Part shown: one piece after another, positions 49,485-59,644 of the stretch
Position numbering within the stretch: position 1 is the stretch's first letter
Layout of the letters: the number at the start of each line of letters is the position of its first letter
From: Fibrobacteria bacterium
Lineage (GTDB): Bacteria; Fibrobacterota; Fibrobacteria; UBA11236
Reading direction: 5' to 3'
DNA: 64,000 bases
Assembly (NCBI GenBank): GCA_041746255.1
Contig: JBGTHM010000102.1
Span: forward strand, 1-64,000
Notes under the pieces: model-generated
Told to the model about the DNA's origin: nothing
Databases searched by the model: none
Seen by the model: the letters and a program-made list of their open reading frames with translations, nothing else
Program-made: the position numbers and the translations under genes

Positions 49485-51086
49485 ATGCGAACCTTGATTC
49501 TTCTTATCCTGCTTTTTTCCGTCATCGGCGGGAAACAATCCTACGCCCAAACCCAGCCGCTTCCGAATTTTATGCTCATTGTCGCCGACGACATGGGACC
49601 GCAATTGGAAAAGTATGGCCACCCCGGCGCGCGGACTCCAACTCTGGACTCCCTCGCCAATCAGGGAGTGTTGTTCCGAAACGCGCAGGCGCCGGGGTCC
49701 ACCTGCTCGGTCGCGCGCGCGTCGATCATGACCGGCACCCATCCCCATACCCATAATGTGCGCATTAACGTGCATGAATACATGGGTCCGAAACCGAATT
49801 TCAGCAGCAATGAATTGAATTTGATGCAATCGCAGGCCCTTCCCGATTCCCTGGCTACCTTGGTGGAGCTTCTGGTCAAGGCGGGCTATCGTACCGGACT
49901 TACCAAGAAATTCCATACCGCTTCCCATGACCGGTATCCCTATCACGAGTGGCTGAAAGGGGACGAAACTTCCGAGGTAAAAGCCTTTATCCAACGTGCC
50001 GGAGCTAAGCCCTGGTTCTTGATGGTGAATGTCAGTTCGCCCCATCGTCCCTTTCGCCTATTCCAAAGTGTAGGCCCGACGCCAAACGAATCCGTATTCA
50101 AACTTCCCGGTCACTTTCCGAATACTCCGGTGATTAAAAAAGATTGGACTGAATACCTGAAAGCCATCCAACGTACCGATGCCGAAGTGGGAATAGCCGT
50201 GAATTCCGTGCGCCAATTGAACCAGGCGAACAAAACCGTGATTATTTTCGTGGGCGATCATGGTCCGCCCTACCATCGCGGGAAATACTCTACTTATGGA
50301 TTCGGAGTGAACATACCTTTCATCGTTTCGGGGCCACCTGATTTGGTGAAGAAAAATCCGCAAGGCGCGACTTCTTTGGTTAGCCTAGTCGATATCATGC
50401 CGACTTTACTGGATTATGCGGGTATTGCTAAACCGCGCGGCGTCCAGGGAGTTTCGTTGAGGCCATTATTGCTGGGAACTGCGGGGGCCAAAACCCATGA
50501 TTATTTGTTTTCCGAGGTCCATCATGGCGGCGGGAGCCCGGGCTCTGCTTTGCAAGAGCGTTCGATTTTTGATGGCCGCTTCCGTTTGATCTTCCGGGAT
50601 CATTTGCAGAAGCGCTATATCGTTCCGGGGGATAACCGCGAGGTCAGTCCTTGGGGTAACCCGGTTTATGCCGAAATCATCAAACGCAAAGGCGAATTCC
50701 CCGCTCAATATGCCATGCTGGCGCAACGGGATTCCGATTTGGAGGGGAACGCTCCCATGGCGGAGTTCTACGACACCTCCACCGACCCGTGGGAAGTAAA
50801 AGATTTATGGAATTCCCAAAACCATAATGAGGATAAAAACCGGCTGATTCGGGCCTTGGCGGATTGGGGCCGGGAAACGGGAGACAGGTATCTCGACTAT
50901 GCAAAGCTGGGAGGGACCATTTCCATTCATTCCCCAAAAACTTTCCCTGGATCGGAAGCGCTGAACGGCCGAACCACCAGCGGATTCGGTATCACTCCGC
51001 TGTTTGAATACCAGTCCGAGGACGGAAGTTTACAATTCCGCGATTCCCAGGGCCGTAGCCGGATTCCGGCGCTCTTGCCTCAGTAA
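49485..51086 (+). CDS. Secreted sulfatase (SGSH-like), copy 1
   Basis: Signal peptide; VADD, CSVARASIMTG, PHRPF, GDHG, RGK, DIMPTLLD, DPWE. Confidence 0.9.
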   Translation: MRTLILLILLFSVIGGKQSYAQTQPLPNFMLIVADDMGPQLEKYGHPGARTPTLDSLANQGVLFRNAQAPGSTCSVARASIMTGTHPHTHNVRINVHEYMGPKPNFSSNELNLMQSQALPDSLATLVELLVKAGYRTGLTKKFHTASHDRYPYHEWLKGDETSEVKAFIQRAGAKPWFLMVNVSSPHRPFRLFQSVGPTPNESVFKLPGHFPNTPVIKKDWTEYLKAIQRTDAEVGIAVNSVRQLNQANKTVIIFVGDHGPPYHRGKYSTYGFGVNIPFIVSGPPDLVKKNPQGATSLVSLVDIMPTLLDYAGIAKPRGVQGVSLRPLLLGTAGAKTHDYLFSEVHHGGGSPGSALQERSIFDGRFRLIFRDHLQKRYIVPGDNREVSPWGNPVYAEIIKRKGEFPAQYAMLAQRDSDLEGNAPMAEFYDTSTDPWEVKDLWNSQNHNEDKNRLIRALADWGRETGDRYLDYAKLGGTISIHSPKTFPGSEALNGRTTSGFGITPLFEYQSEDGSLQFRDSQGRSRIPALLPQ

Positions 51087-51194
51087 GGACCTCCATACGA
51101 TTGAATGCGGATACCGCCCACGAGCTGGGAGATGCCCGCAATGCTCGGAAAGGCAGGTTGTTGATGCGAATGGTATTGCGCTATATTCAATGGT

Positions 51195-52796
51195 ATGCGA
51201 TCCTTAATACTTCCTATACTGCTTTTTTCCGTCATCGGCGGTAAACTATCCTTCGCCCAACCTCAGCCGCTTCCGAATATATTGCTCATTGTCGCCGACG
51301 ATATGGGACCGCAACTGGAAAAGTACGGTCATCCCGGTCCGCGCACTCCCACCTTGGATAGCCTCGCCAATGAGGGAGTATTATTCCGAAATGCCCAGGC
51401 GCCAGGGTCTACCTGCTCAGTTGCGCGCGCGTCGATAATGACCGGCACCCATCCGCATACCCATAATGTGCGCATCAACGTGCTGGAGCACATGGGTCCG
51501 AAACCGAATTTCAGCGGCAACGAATTGGATTTAATGAATTCGCAGGCCCTTCCCGATTCTTTGTCGACATTGGTGGAACTACTGGTCCAGGCAGGCTATA
51601 TAACCGGAATTACCAAGAAATTCCATACCGCTTCCCATGATAAATACCCGTTTCACGAATGGATGAACGAAGGGGAGACCTCCCCGGCGCATTCTTTTAT
51701 CCAGCGCGCGGGAGACAAACCCTGGTTCTTGATGGTCAATATCAGTTCGCCCCATCGGCCATTTTTTAAGTACCAAACGGTAGGCCCGACGCCTGACGAA
51801 GCGGTTATCAAACTCCCCGGCCACCTACCCTCCACTCCCACGATCAGGAAGGATTGGATTGAATACCTGAAAGCCATTCAACGTACCGATGCTGAGGTGG
51901 AAAGGGTCGTCAGTTCCATACACCAATTGAATCGTGCGGGCAAAACCGTCATTATTTTCGTAGGCGATCATGGTCCAGCCTACCATCGGGGGAAATTCTC
52001 GACCTATGGATTCGGCGCGAACATACCCTTCATCGTCACGGGACCACCCGATTTAGTCAAGAGGAACCCGCAAGGGTCGGATGCTTTAGTCAGCTTGATA
52101 GATATTATGCCAACCTTACTGGATTATGCCGGTATCGGTAAACCCCGCGCCATACAGGGAGTCTCCCTGAGGCCATTATTGCTGGGAAATGCGGAGGCCA
52201 AAACCCATGATTATTTATTTTCCGAGGTTCATCACGGCGGCGGCAGTCCGGGCTCTGCTTTGCAGGAGCGTTCGATTTTCGATGGCCGCTTCCGCTTGAT
52301 CTACCGGGACCATATGCAGTGGCGCTATATCGTTCCGGGGGATAATCGCGAGGTAAATCTTTGGGAAAACCCGGTTTATGCCGAAATTATCCAGCGCAAA
52401 AGCGAGTTCCCTATTCAATACTCCATGCTGGCGCAAAGGGATTCCAATTTGGAGGGAGATGCTCCCATGGCGGAGTTCTATGACACTTCCACCGATCCGT
52501 GGGAAGTAAACGATCTTTGGAAGTCTCAAAACCAAACGGAAGATAAAAATCGGCTGATTCTGGCTTTGGTGGATTGGGCCCGCGAAACAGGTGATACGTA
52601 TCTCGACTATACAAAGATAGAGAAAACCGTTTCCATCCATTCCCGAAAAACAACCACCGGAGGGGGAGAGTTGAACGGCCGAACCCCCATTGGGTTCGGT
52701 ACTACTCCGCTGTTTGACTACCAGCCCAAGGATGGAAGTTTACAATTCCGCGATTCCCGGGGACGTAGCTGGATTCCGGCGCTATTGCCCCAGTAA
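51195..52796 (+). CDS. Secreted sulfatase (SGSH-like), copy 2
   Basis: Same motifs and same length (533 aa) as copy 1. Confidence 0.9.
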   Translation: MRSLILPILLFSVIGGKLSFAQPQPLPNILLIVADDMGPQLEKYGHPGPRTPTLDSLANEGVLFRNAQAPGSTCSVARASIMTGTHPHTHNVRINVLEHMGPKPNFSGNELDLMNSQALPDSLSTLVELLVQAGYITGITKKFHTASHDKYPFHEWMNEGETSPAHSFIQRAGDKPWFLMVNISSPHRPFFKYQTVGPTPDEAVIKLPGHLPSTPTIRKDWIEYLKAIQRTDAEVERVVSSIHQLNRAGKTVIIFVGDHGPAYHRGKFSTYGFGANIPFIVTGPPDLVKRNPQGSDALVSLIDIMPTLLDYAGIGKPRAIQGVSLRPLLLGNAEAKTHDYLFSEVHHGGGSPGSALQERSIFDGRFRLIYRDHMQWRYIVPGDNREVNLWENPVYAEIIQRKSEFPIQYSMLAQRDSNLEGDAPMAEFYDTSTDPWEVNDLWKSQNQTEDKNRLILALVDWARETGDTYLDYTKIEKTVSIHSRKTTTGGGELNGRTPIGFGTTPLFDYQPKDGSLQFRDSRGRSWIPALLPQ

Positions 52797-52866
52797 CTCC
52801 GCAAAAGGCTCTCTGTCCCCGGGTTTGGACCGACATTCCTTTGGGGCCTTGATAGCGTCTTAGGGC

Positions 52867-54087
52867 TTATTCAAACCGCAGCGCATCGATGGGATTCAGG
52901 CGCGAGGCCTTGCCCGCCGGATACCAGCCAAAAAAAACACCGGTGGCGAAGGAAAATCCGAAGGCCATCAGAATAGACGCGGTGGAGACTTCCACGGCCC
53001 AGCCCTGTGCGGATGCCAGGAATTGCGAGGCACCCACTCCCAAAGAAATGCCGAGTATGCCTCCCAAGAGGCTGATGGCTACCGCCTCCACCAGGAATTG
53101 CAAGCGGATGTCGCGGCCCCGGGCGCCCAGCGCCAGGCGGATGCCGATTTCACGCGTTCTTTCCGTAACGGAAACCAACATGATGTTCATGATGCCGATG
53201 CCGCCCACCAGCAGGGAGATTCCCGCAATGCTCGAAAGCAGTAAAGCCAATGTCCGGGAGGTCGAGGTGGCCGCCTCGGTGATTTCGGTTTGGGTACGGA
53301 TATTGAAGTCCGATTCTTGATTCGCGGCAATGCGTAGGCGTCGTCGCAGTATGGATTCGATTTGCGCCGATGCTTCCGGGATGGCCTCCTCCGATATGGC
53401 TGAGGCGAAGAGGCTTTCCACATAGGTGGTGCCGAGCATTTTCTTCTGGACGGTGGAGAAAGGCGCCAAGACGATATCGTCCTGATCCTGGCCGAAGGAG
53501 CTTTGGCCTTTGGATTCCAGCACACCGATGACTCGAAAGGGCAGATTGTTGATACGAATGGTCTTGCCGATGGGATCCACTCCCTCCTCGAAAAGCCCGG
53601 CCGCGACGGTCGAGCCCAGGATGCATACCTTGGCTCCCCCGCGTTCTTCCGAAGGGCCATAGGCCGCGCCCTGGGCCAGGCCCCAATCCCGGATAAACAG
53701 GTATTCGGCATATACGCCATGTACCCGGGTTCGCCAATTGCGATTGCCGAATTTGAATTGCGCCATGCTGCGCACCACTGGGGTGATATAACGTACCGCC
53801 GGTGATTCGGCATAAATGGCGTCGGCCTCGGCCTCGGTGAAGCGGCTTGCCGTGCCGGCCTCCTGGCGTGCTCCCGAAAGGTTACGCGATCCCGGATAAA
53901 CGTTTATCACATTGGTGCCAAGACTGGAAATGGCGGCTTCAACCGAGAGGCGCGCTCCGGTACCCACGGCCATCATGGTGATGACGGCCGCCACTCCGAT
54001 GATAATGCCCAACATGGTCAGAAAGGTGCGTAGCTTGTTTCGCGAAAGGGAGAGGAAGGCGATTTTAAGCAGTATGGTGGTCCGCAT
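52867..54087 (-). CDS. MacB-type ABC transporter permease
   Basis: RTFLTMLGIIIG, GGIGIMNIMLVSVTERTREIGIR, PIDALRFE. Confidence 0.93.
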   Translation of the reverse strand: MRTTILLKIAFLSLSRNKLRTFLTMLGIIIGVAAVITMMAVGTGARLSVEAAISSLGTNVINVYPGSRNLSGARQEAGTASRFTEAEADAIYAESPAVRYITPVVRSMAQFKFGNRNWRTRVHGVYAEYLFIRDWGLAQGAAYGPSEERGGAKVCILGSTVAAGLFEEGVDPIGKTIRINNLPFRVIGVLESKGQSSFGQDQDDIVLAPFSTVQKKMLGTTYVESLFASAISEEAIPEASAQIESILRRRLRIAANQESDFNIRTQTEITEAATSTSRTLALLLSSIAGISLLVGGIGIMNIMLVSVTERTREIGIRLALGARGRDIRLQFLVEAVAISLLGGILGISLGVGASQFLASAQGWAVEVSTASILMAFGFSFATGVFFGWYPAGKASRLNPIDALRFE

Positions 54088-54089
54088 GT

Positions 54090-54836
54090 TCAGGTCTCCC
54101 CGATGTCGGTGAGAAATTGGGTTAATTCCGTCTGGGCCGAATGGGGGTGCGGATTTAGGGTATCCGATACGATGGATCCGTCGCGCACTACCACTTGGCG
54201 TCCGGTGAAGGCAGCGATATCCGGTTCATGGGTGACCAGTACCAGGGTAATGCCTTGGGCGTTCAGGTTTTGGAACAGGGTCATGATTTCCAGACTGGTA
54301 CGGGTGTCCAGGTTACCCGTGGGCTCGTCCGCGAGAATGATGACCGGGTCGTTGACCAGAGAGCGCGCCACGGCCACCCGCTGCTGCTGGCCCCCCGACA
54401 ATTGGTTGGGATGGTGGTGCATGCGATCGGCCAACCCCACGGATTGCAAGGCTTGCACGGCCCGTTCCCGGATTTTAGCCGCCGGCACATCCTTGCGGTA
54501 GAGCAAGGGTAACTCTACGTTTTCCAACGCCGATGTACGTGAGAGAAGGTTGAAGGATTGAAAGACGAATCCCAGTTTACGGTTGCGTACCTCAGCCAAA
54601 TCGTCGGGCTTGAGGCTTTGGACTTCCTTGCCGTCAAGCCGATAGGATCCTTCCGTAGGGGCATCCAGGCAGCCGAGAATATTCATGAGGGTGGATTTTC
54701 CCGATCCGCTCGGACCGCTGACGGCGACGAATTCACCACGTTGGATGTCGAGATCCACCCCACGCAAGGCTTTCAAGGTCACCTCGCCCATTTGGTAAAT
54801 CTTGGTCAAGTTCCGTACCGAAACGATGGAATCCAT
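54090..54836 (-). CDS. ABC transporter ATP-binding protein (MacB/LolD-like)
   Basis: GPSGSGKST, LSGGQQQRV, ADEPTGNLD. Confidence 0.95.
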   Translation of the reverse strand: MDSIVSVRNLTKIYQMGEVTLKALRGVDLDIQRGEFVAVSGPSGSGKSTLMNILGCLDAPTEGSYRLDGKEVQSLKPDDLAEVRNRKLGFVFQSFNLLSRTSALENVELPLLYRKDVPAAKIRERAVQALQSVGLADRMHHHPNQLSGGQQQRVAVARSLVNDPVIILADEPTGNLDTRTSLEIMTLFQNLNAQGITLVLVTHEPDIAAFTGRQVVVRDGSIVSDTLNPHPHSAQTELTQFLTDIGET

Positions 54837-54841
54837 AGCGA

Positions 54842-56086
54842 TTAACGCCTCCGCCGGGGCTGCATGCCAAAAGGGCTGGACGGCTGTCCGCCGGGTCTTG
54901 TTCCCTCCGCTTCCATGCCCGTAACTGCCAGGTCACCGGCTTGCAATTCTCCCCGGACTTCGTTGCGAATCCCGTCGCTCAGGCCCACCCGCACGCGAAC
55001 CGCCACGGGATTTCCATCCTTCAACAAAAAGACGCGTCCGGACGCCTCTCTGGCCCCGGCCTCTCCGTCCGAGGTTCGCCCATCCCTTCCCCCACCTGCC
55101 CGTCCTCCGCCGTCGCGGCGTTCGCCTGCTGGAGTCGAAGGCCGGCGCTCCCCGCCGTTATTGGACTTTTCCGTTACGGGGGGCCGAAAGCTGAGTGCCG
55201 CGGCGGGAACCACCAGCACGTTCTCGCGTCTATCGACGATAATGGCAAGATTCGCCGTCATGCCGGGCATGAGTCTTCTTTCGGGATTCGGTACGCGTAT
55301 GACAACGTCGTAAGTGACCACGTTCTGTTCGACGAGGGGTTGCAGGCGCACCTGTTCCACCACTCCGGTGAAGGTTTCTTCGGGATAGGCGTCCACGCTG
55401 AAGGTCGCGGACTGGTCTTTTTGGATTTTTCCGATGTCGGCTTCGTCTACCGCCGCTTTCACCTGCATTTCACGCAGGTCTCCAGCCAGTATGAAGAGAG
55501 TAGGCGCGCTGAAGCTGGCGGCTACGGTCTGGCCTACGTCCACCGCGCGCGAGAGCACGATGCCGTCGATGGGCGATGTGATGGTGGCGTAGCGGAGATT
55601 GATGCGGGAGCGGTCTACCTGGGCGCGGGCGGAGTTGGAATTGGCTTCGGCGACGCGGGCCTGCGCTTTGGCCCGGTCCAGCTCAGCTTGCGACATCAAG
55701 TCCTTGTCGAACAAGGCCTTGGTCCGTTTCAATTCCTCGTCAGCCTGGAAAGCCTGGGCTTCGGCGCGAGCCATGTTGGACAAAGCGTCTTGCAGGGCGG
55801 CGCTTAAAAGCGTGCTGTCGAGTCGGGCGATTACCTGGCCTTTTTTCACTTCGGAATTGAAATCGGCGTATAAAGCGGCGATGGTTCCCGAAACCTGCGT
55901 GCCCACCAATACCGTGGTAAGCGCTTCGAGTTTGCCGGTGGCGGTAACCGATTTTTCCACGGATCCCAAGGTAACGGCGGCGGTACGCCAGGCGATATCC
56001 GGTTTTTTCTTGAAACCGAAATGAAAGGCGCCATACCCTAGGATGCCTAACAAGGCGAGAACCAGCGTGATTTTAGTTTTAGTCAT
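54842..56086 (-). CDS. MacA-type periplasmic adaptor subunit
   Basis: VGTQVSG, VKKGQ, coiled coil, SPIDG, GQTV, VDEADI, PGMTA. Confidence 0.92.
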   Translation of the reverse strand: MTKTKITLVLALLGILGYGAFHFGFKKKPDIAWRTAAVTLGSVEKSVTATGKLEALTTVLVGTQVSGTIAALYADFNSEVKKGQVIARLDSTLLSAALQDALSNMARAEAQAFQADEELKRTKALFDKDLMSQAELDRAKAQARVAEANSNSARAQVDRSRINLRYATITSPIDGIVLSRAVDVGQTVAASFSAPTLFILAGDLREMQVKAAVDEADIGKIQKDQSATFSVDAYPEETFTGVVEQVRLQPLVEQNVVTYDVVIRVPNPERRLMPGMTANLAIIVDRRENVLVVPAAALSFRPPVTEKSNNGGERRPSTPAGERRDGGGRAGGGRDGRTSDGEAGAREASGRVFLLKDGNPVAVRVRVGLSDGIRNEVRGELQAGDLAVTGMEAEGTRPGGQPSSPFGMQPRRRR

Positions 56087-56114
56087 AAGCTTGTCCCTCT
56101 AATCCGAAAGCATG

Positions 56115-57422
56115 TTATAAAGGCGATTTGTTCTGTGGGGCTTCGACAATCAATCGTCCCGATAGGCGCTGTAACGATAATTCCGAAGATTTAGTGGATT
56201 GCCGGGCCGCGGCCAGACGGCTACGCGCGTCAAGCAACCTTTGCTGTGCCGCACGGAATTCCAGCGAGGTGGAAGCGCCTGCGCGAAAAACTTCGCGTGC
56301 GGCTTCGGCTTGCATGCGCACTACTTCCAGATTACGCGCTTCCAGGTCAACCTGACGCAGGCCCGTAGCATAACTTTGCGCGGCGCGCTCGAAATCCGCC
56401 CGCACACTTTCTTGTTGTTGGACCAAGCGGGTTTCGCCTTGTCTAAGACCGAGGCGGGCATTTCCCACATTGCGCTGCGTGTTGAGCCGATCGAAAAGGG
56501 GCATGGAGAGGTTAATCCCGTATGAGGGTCCGCCGGTATTGCTGAATGCCGGTGCTTCGGGATTGAGGGCCTCGGGTTGGGCGGAATAGGAGATATTGCC
56601 GGAAACTCGCGGGAGATGGCCACCTCGGGCTTCTTTCACACTCAGGGCAGCCGCCTCTTTTTCGGCTCTGGCACGGGCGATGTCGGAATTTTTTTCGGTG
56701 AGATTCATGCGCCAGGTTTCCAAAGGAAGGTTTTCCGCCAAGGGAATGGTGTCGATAACTTCGAAAGACGTAATGGGATCGCGGGCCAGGAGTTGATTCA
56801 ATTGGATTTTGGCATTGTGCAAAGCCGTCTGTTGCGAAAACAGAGCGGAAGAGTCGGCGTTCAAATCCGCCAGCGATTGCAACTCTTCCAGCCGGGTGCC
56901 CGCTCCCAACTCCGCTCGGGCCGCCGCCAGCCGGGCCCTTTCGCGGGAAACTTCCAGCAGCTCTTCGAGAGCGGAAAGCCGTTGCCGTTGCTGCACGATT
57001 CCGAAATACCCGTCGAGTATGGCCTGCCAGGTCGCTTCAATCGCGGCCTGTTCGGACAGCCTGGCGGAAATTTCCTGGGCCTGCAGGCGATTATACGTGT
57101 TGTAGGAGCGAAAGCCATCGAAAATAAGGAGTCCGAGTGAAGCGCCTACGGAGGTGCGGGCGGCTCCACCTTCAAAATCGCCGGTATGGCCTGCCGATGC
57201 CGAAAGTTCGGGGAGAAAGGGCCCGATGCCCGCACGACGGTTGTTCTCCGCAATGGAAGTCTGATCGCGGGCCAGCGACAGCGAGTGGTTATTTTCCAGG
57301 CCAATGCGAACAGCCGCTTCGGGGGTGAGTAATTGGGACTTTCCCGGCAAGAGCGAGTTGCAAAGCCCAAGCAGGAAAAACCGGGAAAAATTCTTCGAGG
57401 CTTTACCGGTTCGCAGTCTCAT
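56115..57422 (-). CDS. TolC-family outer-membrane channel
   Basis: OEP helical repeats; LSMPLF; GAST.LE. GGAGGAG before ATG 57422. Confidence 0.88.
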   Translation of the reverse strand: MRLRTGKASKNFSRFFLLGLCNSLLPGKSQLLTPEAAVRIGLENNHSLSLARDQTSIAENNRRAGIGPFLPELSASAGHTGDFEGGAARTSVGASLGLLIFDGFRSYNTYNRLQAQEISARLSEQAAIEATWQAILDGYFGIVQQRQRLSALEELLEVSRERARLAAARAELGAGTRLEELQSLADLNADSSALFSQQTALHNAKIQLNQLLARDPITSFEVIDTIPLAENLPLETWRMNLTEKNSDIARARAEKEAAALSVKEARGGHLPRVSGNISYSAQPEALNPEAPAFSNTGGPSYGINLSMPLFDRLNTQRNVGNARLGLRQGETRLVQQQESVRADFERAAQSYATGLRQVDLEARNLEVVRMQAEAAREVFRAGASTSLEFRAAQQRLLDARSRLAAARQSTKSSELSLQRLSGRLIVEAPQNKSPL

Positions 57423-57487
57423 GTTCTCCTCCATCCATTACCTGAATCAACGTACCAATCCCGCGTAGAGGGGAACCAGGCCCTTTT

Positions 57488-57505
57488 TGTAAACCCCATG
57501 TAAAC
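57488..57505. promoter_or_regulatory. OmpR/CpxR-type tandem operator
   Basis: TGTAAAC-CCCA-TGTAAAC (11-bp period) between the divergent tolC and response-regulator genes. Confidence 0.6.
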
Positions 57506-57576
57506 GTAGGTTAACTTATGCGTATCGCTCCCGTTTGCGGTCGCCGTGGGGGCGGGATAAATGGTAAATTGCAGAA

Positions 57577-58278
57577 ATGCCGCAAGAAAAATCCGTACTG
57601 GTCATCGATGACGATAAAGAGTTGGGTGAGTTGCTTATTGAATATTTAGGGCAGTTCGGGTTCGCGGTGGAAGCGGCCTTACATCCCGACCAGGGTTTGG
57701 CTATGCTTCGCGCTCGCAAACCGGATTTGGTGGTGCTCGACGTTATGCTTCCGGGTAGGAATGGATTCGAAGTATGCAAAGAAATCCGCCGCGACAGCAC
57801 TGTGCCCATCATCATGCTTACGGCCCGGGGTGAAGTGAGCGATAGGGTTTTGGGATTGGGCCTCGGCGCGGACGACTATCTTCCCAAACCCTTCGAGCCC
57901 AGGGAGTTGGTAGCCCGCATCGAATCGCTTTTTCGGCGCACCGGGGAGGTAAAAAAGCGGAGTTCCTTCCGATCCGGCGAATTACGGGTTGATTTAGACA
58001 GGCATTCGGCTCATCTCGGCAACGAGCCTCTCGAATTGACCCGGATGGAATTCCAGGTGCTCTCGCTGTTGGCATCCCAAGCGGGAACTACCGTAGACCG
58101 GGAGACTTTGTCGGCCAAGGTAAAAGGCATTGACTGGGATCCGCTCGACCGGACCCTGGACGTGATAATGGGCAGGCTCCGTTTGAAATTAGGAGACGAC
58201 CCTCGCAACCCTCGTTTTATCCGCACTGTGCGCGGCGTCGGTTATCTTTTCGTGGAAAACGTGGTTTGGCATGAATAG
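57577..58278 (+). CDS. OmpR-family response regulator
   Basis: VIDDD, LDVMLP, MLTARG, GADDYLPKPF, IRTVRGVGY. Confidence 0.95.
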   Translation: MPQEKSVLVIDDDKELGELLIEYLGQFGFAVEAALHPDQGLAMLRARKPDLVVLDVMLPGRNGFEVCKEIRRDSTVPIIMLTARGEVSDRVLGLGLGADDYLPKPFEPRELVARIESLFRRTGEVKKRSSFRSGELRVDLDRHSAHLGNEPLELTRMEFQVLSLLASQAGTTVDRETLSAKVKGIDWDPLDRTLDVIMGRLRLKLGDDPRNPRFIRTVRGVGYLFVENVVWHE

Positions 58279-59644
58279 CCCCAGCCTGAAAACCCGCAGC
58301 GGGGGAATTTCGATATTTCTCAAGCTCTTCGGAATCTATATCGCCACCGTAGTAGTCGTGACGGTTTTGTCGATGGTTTTTCTCCAGGCGATTTTTTATT
58401 CCGGAAAATCCGATAAAAGCATTCGCGATAAGAACCGCGCCAAATACGTCAGCTTGCTGGTAGAGGAACTGGGAAATCCTCCGCGGCTGGATGCGGCGAT
58501 GGCCTTATCCCGAAAGCTGGACATGCATATTCGTATGGAGGGGTCTACGGGCGGATGGACGACCTGGGACAGTCTACCGGCTATTTCGGAATTGGATTCA
58601 AAAAATTTTCGCCCCACCACCGAACCGCATACGCGCTTCGGTAAAATTAGAAACCAACGCTTCACGGTCGCGGAAAGGAACGGACATACCTTTTTGTTCC
58701 TCTTTCAAGGAGGACCTTTTCGGGAAGCGCGCGTGGAACTGATTCCGGTTCTTTTGGCATTGGTGGGTGGACTGTTCGCGCTTAGCTTTCTTTGGCTACG
58801 CTATATTTTCAAGCCGCTGCATTGGCTGACCGAAGGGGTGAGCCAAGTCGCCCAGGGAAATCTCGATCACGGGGTCGCCGTAAGAGGTAATGATGAATTG
58901 GGTGAATTAGCCTCTTCTTTCAACGACATGACCCGGCGCATCCGCGACATGATGAAATCGAAAGAGCAATTGCTGCTTGATGTCAGTCATGAATTGCGAT
59001 CGCCGCTCACGCGCATCAAGGTGGCGTTGGAATTGAACAAGCCCAATGGCCAGGTCGTCATTCGTAGGAATATCATCGAGATGGAGACGATGATTTCGGA
59101 ATTGCTCGAATCGGCCCGCCTCGACAGCGGACACGGGGGGCTGAGATTGGAACCGGTCGCCTTGCGCCCGTTGCTTGAAGAAGCTGTGGGCCTTTTCCCC
59201 GCGACCGCTCCCGGCATCCGCATACACTCCAATACGGAGGCGCTTTCGATTCACGCCGACAGAAATTCTTCCCTCACGGTATTCCGCAATCTTTTGGAGA
59301 ATGCCGTCAAATACTCCTCCCACCAGGATAAGCCCGTGGAATTAAGCTCGGAGGCGTTCGCGGATAAGGTTAAGGTGCATGTCGTGGACTACGGTTACGG
59401 AATCCCGGAGACAGAATTGAAATCGATTTTCGAACCTTTCTATCGCGTCGACAAATCCAGAACCAAAAGTACCGGCGGCTATGGTTTGGGCTTGAGCCTG
59501 TGCCGGAAAATCATGGAAGCCCACGGGGGCGCCATCGTTTTGGAAAGCCGCGAGGGCGAAGGGACAAGAGTAACCTTGGAGTTTCCCTTGTCCCACGACC
59601 TTAACCCGTTCCGAAATCCAACCGAAAAGGATATCGCCGCTTGA
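58271..59644 (+). CDS. Sensor histidine kinase (2 TM, HAMP, HisKA, HATPase)
   Basis: DELGELASSFN, SHELRSPL, NLLENAVKY, GYGLGL. Confidence 0.95.
   Translation: MNSPSLKTRSGGISIFLKLFGIYIATVVVVTVLSMVFLQAIFYSGKSDKSIRDKNRAKYVSLLVEELGNPPRLDAAMALSRKLDMHIRMEGSTGGWTTWDSLPAISELDSKNFRPTTEPHTRFGKIRNQRFTVAERNGHTFLFLFQGGPFREARVELIPVLLALVGGLFALSFLWLRYIFKPLHWLTEGVSQVAQGNLDHGVAVRGNDELGELASSFNDMTRRIRDMMKSKEQLLLDVSHELRSPLTRIKVALELNKPNGQVVIRRNIIEMETMISELLESARLDSGHGGLRLEPVALRPLLEEAVGLFPATAPGIRIHSNTEALSIHADRNSSLTVFRNLLENAVKYSSHQDKPVELSSEAFADKVKVHVVDYGYGIPETELKSIFEPFYRVDKSRTKSTGGYGLGLSLCRKIMEAHGGAIVLESREGEGTRVTLEFPLSHDLNPFRNPTEKDIAA

Noticed and set aside
49485..52796. Sulfatase duplication as an assembly artefact
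   Set aside because: The copies differ at many positions throughout, and both ORFs are intact.
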